Source: Actinomycetales bacterium (GTDB taxonomy: Bacteria > Actinomycetota > Actinomycetes > Actinomycetales > JBBRBF01). From it: a DNA stretch of 64,000 nucleotides. Below the pieces are notes generated by a model. The model made no database searches. It was not told the origin of the DNA and saw nothing but the letters and a program-made list of their open reading frames with translations. Below are positions 9,869 to 19,206 of the stretch, piece after piece (position 1 is the first letter of the stretch; each line of letters starts with the position of its first letter). The position numbers and the translations under genes were made by a program. The stretch covers positions 36,205-100,204 of the forward strand of contig JBBRBF010000006.1 of the NCBI GenBank assembly GCA_038206105.1, given 5' to 3'.

Positions 9869-9941
9869 CGCCGGCCTCCCGCAGCCCCGTCGTCGCCGCT
9901 CGCGAGCCGCTCGCGGACGACCCAGTGTGGCCTCCCCCTGG

Positions 9942-9972
9942 TTGGACTGCCGATCCGGCTCTCGGTTAGAGT
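9942..9972 (+). promoter_or_regulatory. candidate housekeeping-sigma promoter for the tRNA cluster
   Basis: TTGGAC (9942-9947), an 18-19 nt spacer, then TAGAGT (9967-9972). This lies about 37 nt upstream of the tRNA-Gly 5' end. Confidence 0.4.
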
Positions 9973-10008
9973 CGGCGACGCATACCGACCCCCGCGGGCC
10001 GGGAGCGT

Positions 10009-10081
10009 GCGGACGTAGCGCAGCTGGTAGCGCATCACCTTGCCAAGGTGAGGGTCGCGGGTTCGAATCCCGTCGTCCGCT
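10009..10081 (+). tRNA. tRNA-Gly (anticodon GCC)
   Basis: GCGGACGTAGCGCAGCTGGTAGCGCATCACCTTGCCAAGGTGAGGGTCGCGGGTTCGAATCCCGTCGTCCGCT forms a cloverleaf with anticodon loop TTGCCAA. Confidence 0.9.
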
Positions 10082-10115
10082 CGGAGGCACTGCCTGTCGC
10101 GGGCACACGCCTCGC

Positions 10116-10186
10116 GGTGGAGTGGCCGAGAGGCGAGGCAACGGCCTGCAAAGCCGTCCACACGGGTTCGAATCCCGTCTCCACCT
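10116..10186 (+). tRNA. tRNA-Cys (anticodon GCA)
   Basis: GGTGGAGTGGCCGAGAGGCGAGGCAACGGCCTGCAAAGCCGTCCACACGGGTTCGAATCCCGTCTCCACCT. The acceptor stem GGTGGAG/CTCCACC pairs, and the anticodon loop is CTGCAAA. Confidence 0.88.
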
Positions 10187-10217
10187 CGGCACGCGCAGCG
10201 TGGTGGCAACACCCCTG

Positions 10218-10289
10218 GGGCGATTGGCGCAGCGGTAGCGCGCTTCCCTGACACGGAAGAGGTCACTGGTTCGATCCCAGTATCGCCCA
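10218..10289 (+). tRNA. tRNA-Val (anticodon GAC)
   Basis: GGGCGATTGGCGCAGCGGTAGCGCGCTTCCCTGACACGGAAGAGGTCACTGGTTCGATCCCAGTATCGCCCA, with anticodon loop CTGACAC. Confidence 0.9.
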
Positions 10290-10321
10290 CCGGCACCACC
10301 GCAGGTCAGCGACCCGGACTC

Positions 10322-10822
10322 TCATCGGACGGTGACTGCGAGCACGGCGCGTCGGACGAGCTCCAGCGGCTCCCCGTCCGCGACCGACGACAGGGCCGCT
10401 CGCCACGCCGACGCGAGGATCCGCCCGATCGGCGCGGGTACCGGATGGGCGAGGCGGGTGAGGAGCTCGACGAGCGGGTCCTCCTCCTGACCTGGTGGGT
10501 GCTCGCTCAGCAGCCGGACGAAGCTCTGCCGCACCGCGAAGTCGAGACCCACGACCAGTGCCGCGCCGAGCGGGTCGGCTGCCGCCCCCGCTACGGCTCC
10601 CTCCATGCGGTCCAGCAGTCGTCTCTCCACGTCCCGGCGCACGACGACGTAGAGGCCGAGCTTGCTGTGGAAGTGGTGGTAAAGAGCCCCCGTCGTCACC
10701 TCCGCGGCGGCAACCAGCTCGCCGACGGTGACGTCGTCGAAGGGGCGCGAGCCGAACTCACGCACCGCTGCCAGGGCGAGTCGGCCTTTCGGTGACGTCG
10801 ACACCGGGACCCACTCGCGCAT
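10322..10822 (-). CDS. TetR-family transcriptional regulator
   Basis: N-terminal HTH: FDDVTVGELVAAAEVTTGALYHHFHSKLGLY. Confidence 0.85.
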   Translation of the reverse strand: MREWVPVSTSPKGRLALAAVREFGSRPFDDVTVGELVAAAEVTTGALYHHFHSKLGLYVVVRRDVERRLLDRMEGAVAGAAADPLGAALVVGLDFAVRQSFVRLLSEHPPGQEEDPLVELLTRLAHPVPAPIGRILASAWRAALSSVADGEPLELVRRAVLAVTVR

Positions 10823-10826
10823 GGAG

Positions 10827-10843
10827 GCATAATGCCGTTATGC
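10827..10843. promoter_or_regulatory. candidate TetR operator (6-5-6 inverted repeat)
   Basis: GCATAA-tgccg-TTATGC lies in the 58-bp divergent gap between the tetR start (10822) and the VOC gene start (10881). It is AT-rich relative to its surroundings. Confidence 0.45.
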
Positions 10844-10880
10844 TCTCGGGGAAGCCAGTTACGACACGGAGGGACGACCC

Positions 10881-11231
10881 ATGAAGCTGGAGTTCCTGTA
10901 CACGCCGACCACGGACCTGCAGGCGTCCCTCGCCCTGTACCGCGATGCGCTCGGGTGCGAGGAGGTCTGGCGCGAAGGTGACACGACGGTGGCGCTGACC
11001 CTGCCGGGGACCGACGTCCAGCTCATGCTCGACGCGAACGACCCGAGCGCACCCGTGGGACCGCTCTTCGTCGTCGACAGCGTGCGGGAGTTCCACGCCG
11101 CCCGTGCCGCCGCGCTGCGCGTCGTCGACGAGCCCTCGGAGATCCCCGGCGGGTTCACGGCCACGTACCAGGACCCGGCCGGAGCGACCATCTACGTGAT
11201 GGACCAGTCCACCGACGCGTCGACCACCTGA
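10881..11231 (+). CDS. VOC (glyoxalase/bleomycin-resistance fold) family protein
   Basis: 116-aa ORF MKLEFLYTPTTDLQASLALYRDALG...PGGFTATYQDPAGATIYVMD, which has a single VOC-module layout. Confidence 0.75.
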   Translation: MKLEFLYTPTTDLQASLALYRDALGCEEVWREGDTTVALTLPGTDVQLMLDANDPSAPVGPLFVVDSVREFHAARAAALRVVDEPSEIPGGFTATYQDPAGATIYVMDQSTDASTT

Positions 11232-11258
11232 CCTGACGGCCTCCGCTGGGCCGAGGCT

Positions 11259-11846
11259 TCACACCTTGGCTCCAGGCGCGTCGGGATGTCCGGCCCCCAG
11301 GAGCGCACGCATCTGCTGCAGCACCCTGTCCGTGAACAGGCCGGCCGCCACGGCCGCGGTCATCAGGACGGTCAGACCTGCGGTGGATGTGGTCTCGTCG
11401 CCGATGCTGACGAGGCCGGCGCTGACTGCCACGATGGTCGCCGCCCCCAGCAGCGCCGACCAGACCGGTCGCAGCAGGTACCACCACAGGTAGCCGCGTT
11501 CGAGGGTCTCGGCGCCGGCACGGTTGGCGAACACGATGCTCTGCTGCACCATGCTGCCCATGAACCCCGCGGCGGCGCCGACCAGCATCAGACTGGTGTT
11601 CAACGACACGGTGAGGGACACCCCCCACCAGGACAGGGACTCGGTGGCGAGCGTCCCGGGCGCGGCGGCATCCTGCGCGACGACCAGCTTCTCCGCGAGA
11701 CCGTAGGCCCAGACGACGGCGAGCAGGGCAGCGGCCCCTGCGCCGACGTTGACGAGGCCGACCAGCCGGCGGCGCGAGCTCGCCATGAGCGGGGCGAAGC
11801 CGGCCACCCCTGCCGGCTGACCTGTCAGCTGGGCGACGGTGCTCAT
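11259..11846 (-). CDS. hypothetical integral membrane protein
   Basis: ATG at 11846 with a GGAGG RBS and about 5 predicted TM segments. Its start overlaps the upstream ORF stop as TGATG. I recognise no family. Confidence 0.55.
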   Translation of the reverse strand: MSTVAQLTGQPAGVAGFAPLMASSRRRLVGLVNVGAGAAALLAVVWAYGLAEKLVVAQDAAAPGTLATESLSWWGVSLTVSLNTSLMLVGAAAGFMGSMVQQSIVFANRAGAETLERGYLWWYLLRPVWSALLGAATIVAVSAGLVSIGDETTSTAGLTVLMTAAVAAGLFTDRVLQQMRALLGAGHPDAPGAKV

Positions 11847-12412
11847 CACGACCTCCGTGCGGTGGTGTGCGATCCCTGACTCGGGAACGGACACCTGCGA
11901 CGGAGCCCTGATACATGGACGAAGCGCGTCCGAACGGGGGTGGGTGCCTCCAGGGGCCCGAGTCCGCTGCCCAGCTCCGCATCGGCGAGGGCGAGCACGC
12001 CCGGTGCCCACGCGGACATCAGGTCTCCGACTCGCAGGATCCCGTCCGGCGGTTGACATCTCACGAGGCCGCCGAAGGTGGCCGGCCGCCGCTGGAGCAC
12101 CCCGAGCGTGTCGTCGGCGCCGGAATCGGCGACACGCATCCCGGTCCGCCCTCCGGCGATCGAGATGCTGGCCTCGCTCAAGGAGCCGACCAGTGCGCCG
12201 ACCGCGTCGACGGCGTCGACGGCGTCGACGGCGCACCGTGCGCGCTCCACGGGTTCGTCGTCCCACATCAGAGCGCACTCCTCGGGCACGCCTCCCGAGG
12301 ACACCGTGAACTCGACGGGGACGTCGTCACCGACTGCTGGGCCCGATGGGATGACGTCCGCGGTACTGCTGCGCGACGAGGCCAGCTGGAGCGCGGCGGC
12401 CGGCAGGGACAC
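11846..12412 (-). CDS. hypothetical protein (possibly the C-terminal part of a frameshifted gene with 12327..12767)
   Basis: Open frame with plausible composition. It contains an AVDAVDAVDAV repeat, and the frame stays open upstream to 12508. Confidence 0.4.
   Translation of the reverse strand: MSLPAAALQLASSRSSTADVIPSGPAVGDDVPVEFTVSSGGVPEECALMWDDEPVERARCAVDAVDAVDAVGALVGSLSEASISIAGGRTGMRVADSGADDTLGVLQRRPATFGGLVRCQPPDGILRVGDLMSAWAPGVLALADAELGSGLGPLEAPTPVRTRFVHVSGLRRRCPFPSQGSHTTARRS
12204..12230. repeat. tandem 9-bp repeat (GCGTCGACG)x3
   Basis: Three exact head-to-tail copies, each containing GTCGAC. On the minus strand they encode the (AVD)n repeat. Confidence 0.9.
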
Positions 12413-12767
12413 GGCGCTCAGTGGGCCGGAGGCGCTCCCGGCGGCCCTCGATGACGCCGCCCTCCTGCGGCGGACCGTCGCTCGCCACGGGGTGGGAGAC
12501 AGTGAAGGTCAGCTCGTCGACGGCGGCGCCGGTGTCGTCGCAGCCCGGCACGCACCCGCGGATGGTGTACGTGCCGGCCACGTCCTCGCCGGGGAGCACG
12601 TCTTCCCCTTGTCCCGACACGTCGAGGCCGGGCGCCGGCGGCGCGGGCTGGGCAACCGTCAGCGCCGCGACGAGGGCAGCCAGCCCGTGGTAGCCGACCG
12701 TCGTCTCGGTGAGCCTGCCCCGCGACGGGAGCCCGTTCGTGGACGGCGCGGCGGCTCCCATCGCCAT
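12327..12767 (-). CDS. hypothetical secreted protein (the 3' tail looks out of frame)
   Basis: Signal-like LAALVAALTVAQPAPPAPG, then GTYTIRGCVPGCDDTGAAVDELTFTVS. The last ~40 codons are arginine-rich and overlap the next ORF by 86 nt. Confidence 0.4.
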   Translation of the reverse strand: MAMGAAAPSTNGLPSRGRLTETTVGYHGLAALVAALTVAQPAPPAPGLDVSGQGEDVLPGEDVAGTYTIRGCVPGCDDTGAAVDELTFTVSHPVASDGPPQEGGVIEGRRERLRPTERRVPAGRRAPAGLVAQQYRGRHPIGPSSR

Positions 12768-12911
12768 GCGACATGCCTTCCGGGTGGTCGGGAACGCCTT
12801 CCACCCGTCGGAGACCTCGTGCTGCCCCCGGTGACACCTGCAAGCCTCTTCTCGACCGTGCCCCGGCTCTCGTCGAGCAGCCCGTCGCCGTCGCGGGTAC
12901 GGTCACGTCGC

Positions 12912-13802
12912 ATGTGGGCCGACCGCGTGATCCGGGTGATCGAGGACGCTGCCGTGCTGGACCGCCCCGCCGGGCTCGCCGCCACGGCCGTCGGGTCGCG
13001 GCTTCGGGCCGGGCCGGTCAAGGACGCGCTGTCCGGGACGCCGTTCGGTCACCCCGCGCACCCGGTGCTGGTGACCGTGCCGATCGGCGCGTGGGTGAGC
13101 GCCAGCTGGCTCGACCTCGTCGGCGGCCCCGGTGAGCGCGTCGCCGCACGCAAGGCGGTGGGGCTCGGGACGCTGGCGGCGCTGCCGGCGGTCCTGACCG
13201 GGGCGTCGGACTGGGCCGACGTCTCGGGCGCGGAGCGCCGGGTCGGCTTCGTCCACGCCCTGGTGAACGTGGCCGCGGTCGGGCTGTACGCGGGGTCGTG
13301 GTTCGCCCGCCGCGCGGGACGCCAGCGCGCTGGGGTGCGGCTGGCGCTGCTCGGCGCCGGCGTGGCCGGCGCGAGCGGCTGGCTGGGCGGCCACCTGTCC
13401 TACGCGGCCGGGGTCGGTGTGGACACCACCGCCTTCCTGTCCGGGCCAGAGGACTGGACCGACGTCGCCTCCGAGGCCGACCTCGCCGAGGGGGTGCCGA
13501 TGGGTGTCACCGTCGGCGTCGTGCCCCTGCTGCTGGTCCGCGCCCAGGGACGGGTGCACGCCCTGAACGACCGCTGCACGCACCGGGGCGCTCCCCTGCA
13601 CGAGGGCCACCTGGTCGACGGCTGCATCGAGTGCCCCTGGCACGACAGCCGTTTCGCGCTCACCGACGGGGACGTGGTCCGCGGTCCCGCGACGCGGCCG
13701 CAGCCGGTTTTCGAGGTCAGGACCGTGGCCGGTCGCGTCCAGGTGCGGCGTCCGGGCGAGCAGCGAGCGCTGCGCACGAACCCGGTGGCGTCCGGCGGCT
13801 GA
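12912..13802 (+). CDS. membrane-anchored Rieske [2Fe-2S] protein (DUF2231-like TM domain plus Rieske domain)
   Basis: The N-terminal half has HPAHPVLVTVPIGAW and 4 TM segments. The C-terminal half has CTHRGAPLHEG...CIECPWHDSRF (CxH...CxxH). Confidence 0.8.
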   Translation: MWADRVIRVIEDAAVLDRPAGLAATAVGSRLRAGPVKDALSGTPFGHPAHPVLVTVPIGAWVSASWLDLVGGPGERVAARKAVGLGTLAALPAVLTGASDWADVSGAERRVGFVHALVNVAAVGLYAGSWFARRAGRQRAGVRLALLGAGVAGASGWLGGHLSYAAGVGVDTTAFLSGPEDWTDVASEADLAEGVPMGVTVGVVPLLLVRAQGRVHALNDRCTHRGAPLHEGHLVDGCIECPWHDSRFALTDGDVVRGPATRPQPVFEVRTVAGRVQVRRPGEQRALRTNPVASGG

Positions 13803-13812
13803 CGCCGTCGGA

Positions 13813-14262
13813 TCAGGCCAGGGCCCGGAGCGGGGCGACCTGCCGCGGGTGCCACTGCCGCAACCACGGCAGGAACTCGTCCACCGGCATCGGCCGGGCC
13901 ATCCAGTAGCCCTGCGCCGCGTCGCACCCCAGCCGCTGCAGGTCGAGTCACGTGGCCTCGTCCTCCACGCCTTCGCACACCACGGTCCGGCCGAGCCGGT
14001 GCCCGAGGTCGACGATCGCCGCGACGATCGCCATCGAGTCCGCGGTCCGGTTGCCGGGCGCCACGAACGACCTGTCGATCTTGTCCTCGGAGACGGGCAG
14101 CCGCTGCAGGTAGGCAAGCGAGGAGTAGCCGGTCCCCAGGTCGTCGACGGACAGGTGCAGGCCCAGGGCCCTCAGCCGTGCCAGCGCCCCGAGGGCGCTC
14201 TCCGGGTCGGCCATCACGCTCGACTCGGTGAGCTCCAGCGTCACCGCGTCCTCCTCGGCGCG
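13813..14262 (-). pseudogene. EAL-domain (c-di-GMP phosphodiesterase) remnant, 5'-truncated and carrying an in-frame TGA
   Basis: VTLELTESSV...LSVDDLGTGYSSLAYLQRLPVSEDKIDRSFV...VCEGVEDEAT-TGA-LDLQRLGCDAAQGYWMARPMP. A stop at 14263-14265 precedes the ELTE motif. The roughly 110 aa that normally lie N-terminal to this motif are absent. Confidence 0.65.
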
Positions 14263-14429
14263 TCACGACGGACGGCCACGGGTGCTGTGACACCCGAGCA
14301 TGCTGAAGAGTCACGCCCTGCTATCGACCAATCGCGGCGAGTTACGTCGGTCGGCAGACCGGAATCAACCGGACGGCGTACACCCACGCCGGGCGGCGGC
14401 GCGCGACGGGGGTCCGTGAAGCGGTGCCG

Positions 14430-14933
14430 TCAGCCCCGGTCGAGGCCCCGCAGCACGCCGGTCGCCACCGCCGCGAAGGCGAGGTGAGGCGCGAGGTCGG
14501 TGGCCCAGGCGTCGGCGTCCCAGGTCCGCGGGTCCGTGATCCCCAGCAGAGTCATCGGCCCGTTGCCGGCCACGAGCACCAGCGCCGACGCGACGAGGAA
14601 CGTGCCGACCCCTCCGCCGCGCCAGCCGGATGCCCGCGCAGCGCCCAGGACGAGGCCGGTCCCCACGCCCGCCGAGAGACCGGTCAACGGGCCCAGGGCG
14701 TCGATGCGCGCCGAGCGCGAGTCCTCGTCACCCGGCACGTCGAGGCCGGTCCGCCGGGAGAGCTCCGCCACGGTGTCCTGCGGCGTGGTGCTGGCGGGAC
14801 GGGCCCGCACCGCCATGTCGAGGTAGGTCACCGCGTTCAGCGCCGTCGTGCCGGCGGCACCCGCGGCCGCTCCGGCCGCCAGCCGGTGGACCCACGCTCC
14901 CGACTTCCGCTTCCCCGACCCTCGCTGCCGCAC
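14430..14933 (-). CDS. hypothetical membrane protein
   Basis: GTG at 14933 lies 5 nt after GAGGAGG. The sequence GTTALNAVTYLDMAVRARPAS is followed by 3 TM helices. Confidence 0.5.
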   Translation of the reverse strand: MRQRGSGKRKSGAWVHRLAAGAAAGAAGTTALNAVTYLDMAVRARPASTTPQDTVAELSRRTGLDVPGDEDSRSARIDALGPLTGLSAGVGTGLVLGAARASGWRGGGVGTFLVASALVLVAGNGPMTLLGITDPRTWDADAWATDLAPHLAFAAVATGVLRGLDRG

Positions 14934-14949
14934 CGCGCCTCCTCGACGT

Positions 14950-15668
14950 CCCGGGACCTGCCGGTCGGCGCCCCATGGCGTCGCCGGGGTCCGACGGCAG
15001 CACCGTAGCCTCGCCGCCCGCCTGGCACACCTCGGCGAACACCGCGGCGACGTGGGTGCCCGACTCGCCGGGCAGACCGATGCTGCGCAGGCCGGGGGTG
15101 TCGACGACCGCACCACCCCCGGCGGCGTGCAGCTCACGGGTGGCCGTGGTGTGCCGCCCGACCGCAGGGACCGGGTCGGCATCACCTCGTCATCGACGAG
15201 AGCGTTCACCAGCGTCGACTTGCCGCTGCCGGAGGCGCCGACGAGCGCCAGCGTCGCCCCGCCGGCGAGCCGGGAGCGCAGCGGCGCGAGCCCGCCGCCG
15301 GCGGCGTGCTCGGCGTCCGGGACGAGGTCGGCCTTGGTCAGCACCACCTCCACGGTCGTGCGCCCGTCCGGCCACAGCGCCAGCAGCACCCAGTCACCGG
15401 TGGCGGGCGGCGCCTCGGGGTCGCGGGTGGAGGCCGCCAGCACGTCGGCCGCCCACGTGGCGCGGGTGACCTCGCCGGGCGGAGCGGTCGTCGCCACCAG
15501 GCAGGCGCCCCGCTGCGCGCACGTGACCCTGCCGGGCAGGGCTCCCACACCGGGCACTCGCGCCAGCACGGGCAGGTCGGTGGCGACGGCCGCCGCCTCG
15601 CCCCACCCCGGGTCCCAGCCCGCCGGGTGTGCGGTGGGCGCCGCACCGGGCGGCGGGCCGATGGTCAC
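14950..15668 (-). pseudogene. rsgA-like circularly permuted GTPase, decayed by internal deletion, frameshift and loss of the zinc finger
   Basis: The N-terminal AGWDPGW...GRV...GDWV region runs straight into VVLTKADL (G4), skipping about 60 aa. G1 is GASGSGKSTLVNAL. GRHTTATRELHAAGGGAVVDTPGLRS (G2/G3) lies in another frame. The C-terminal CxxxC.H..EPGCAV motif is replaced by CQAGGEATVLPSDPGDAM. Confidence 0.6.
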
Positions 15669-15746
15669 CGTGACACGCCTCCCGCCCGCGCACCGCCACC
15701 CCGGCGGCCGGACGCCGTCGACGCTAGGCGGGGCGCGGTGGCGACG

Positions 15747-16910
15747 TCACCCGGTTTTCGGGCCGCGCGTGTGCGAGCCGGGCCGCACGCCGGCCGGCGC
15801 GACCAGACCGGCACCGGTGTCCGTGCCGACTGCGGGCTCGCCTGCGTCGCGGACGGGGGTCAGCGGGGCGCCGTCCGCCGCCAGACCCCGGCGGCGGCGG
15901 GCCTCGGCGCGGCGCGCGTCGGGCCACCGCCGGTCGACGGCCGCGTTCAGGGCGGCGCCGATGAGCACGGCGATGGCGAGCAGGTACAGCCAGATCAGCA
16001 CGACGATCGGCGTCGCGAGCGGTCCGTAGATCGACGCGCCGCCGACGGACGCGCTGATCACCACCCGGAGCACGAAGCTCGCGAGGACCCAGATCACCAG
16101 GGCCAGGACGGCCCCGGGCAGGTCCCGGTGCCACGCCGTCCGCACCGGCGTGCTGATGTGGTACAGCGTGGCGAGCATGGCGATGCCCAGCAGGGTGACC
16201 ACCGGCCAGTAGGCCAGCAGCATCGAACCGAACGCGCCGGGCAGCACGTCACCGAGCAGGCTGGGCCCGATCAGGACCAGCGGCAGCGTCATCGCGCCGA
16301 GCACCAGGAGCAGCAGGTACAGGAAGAAGGACAGCGCCCGGGTCCGGACGATCCCGCGGTGCCCACCGAGCCCGTACATGATGGAGATCGTGTCGACGTA
16401 GACGTTCAGCGCGCGTGATCCCGACCACAGCGACAGCAGGAACCCGAGCGAGATCAGGTCGACGCGGGTGTCGGCCAGCGCATCGTCCAGGGTGGGCACG
16501 ATGACGCCGGTGACCACCTGCTCGGTGAGGAACGGCTGGGTCGCGTCGAGGATCGCGGTGCGCAGCTCGACGGCCTCGGCGACCCCGATCTCCCTGCCGA
16601 TCCAGGCGGCGGTCGCGGCGAGACCCAGCACCAGCGGCGGCAGCGACAGCAGCGCGAAGAAGCCTGCCTCCGCTGCGAGGCCGGTCACGCGGTAGCGCAG
16701 GCACACCTGCACGGTGCCGCGCACGAGCGCGGCCACCGCCGCCAGCACGGCGTTGCGGCGCACGACCCCGCAGGCTGCCCGCAGGCCGCGGGCTGCCCTG
16801 CTCACGCCGTCCGCCCGGCCGCTGCGACCGGGACGGCCCGGCACTGTCCCTGCGGCCACACCGGCCACGGTAGCCCCGGCACCGGCGTCCCGCTGGACGG
16901 CACGCGGCAC
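15747..16910 (-). CDS. YihY/BrkB (ribonuclease BN-like) family membrane protein
   Basis: YRVTGLAAEAGFFALLSLPPLVL...YGPLATPIVVLIWLYLLAIAVLIGAALNA. The start codon is uncertain. Confidence 0.8.
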   Translation of the reverse strand: MPRAVQRDAGAGATVAGVAAGTVPGRPGRSGRADGVSRAARGLRAACGVVRRNAVLAAVAALVRGTVQVCLRYRVTGLAAEAGFFALLSLPPLVLGLAATAAWIGREIGVAEAVELRTAILDATQPFLTEQVVTGVIVPTLDDALADTRVDLISLGFLLSLWSGSRALNVYVDTISIMYGLGGHRGIVRTRALSFFLYLLLLVLGAMTLPLVLIGPSLLGDVLPGAFGSMLLAYWPVVTLLGIAMLATLYHISTPVRTAWHRDLPGAVLALVIWVLASFVLRVVISASVGGASIYGPLATPIVVLIWLYLLAIAVLIGAALNAAVDRRWPDARRAEARRRRGLAADGAPLTPVRDAGEPAVGTDTGAGLVAPAGVRPGSHTRGPKTG

Positions 16911-17035
16911 GCCGCGGCCACGGTCTCGCGCGGCGGCCGGCGGCCGCAGGCGGCAGGATGGTCCCCGGACGACCGGCCCGGCACAGAAGCCGGGGCCCGG
17001 CCGCCCTGTCGCTTGCCGCCGACCGAGAGACCCTC

Positions 17036-19153
<2,118 letters not shown>

Positions 19154-19206
19154 GGGGCGACGCGGACGCGCACCGCGAGGGGCACCGTCCCGCCCTGGAC
19201 CGGCCG

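Noticed and set aside
7676-10289. Two tRNA-Val genes in inverted orientation, with near-identical acceptor and T arms, as possible boundaries of an invertible or mobile segment.
   Set aside because: They are different isoacceptors (CAC and GAC). The 2.5 kb between them holds ordinary conserved genes (PGPGW protein, ssgB, class IV aminotransferase). No recombinase is present.
13948-13950. The in-frame TGA in the EAL remnant, and the TAG at 48246..48248 in the sulfatase, as recoding events (Sec, Pyl or readthrough).
   Set aside because: Neither stop falls at a catalytic Cys or another redox residue. Both genes carry additional lesions (truncation or frameshift), so plain inactivation is the simpler reading.
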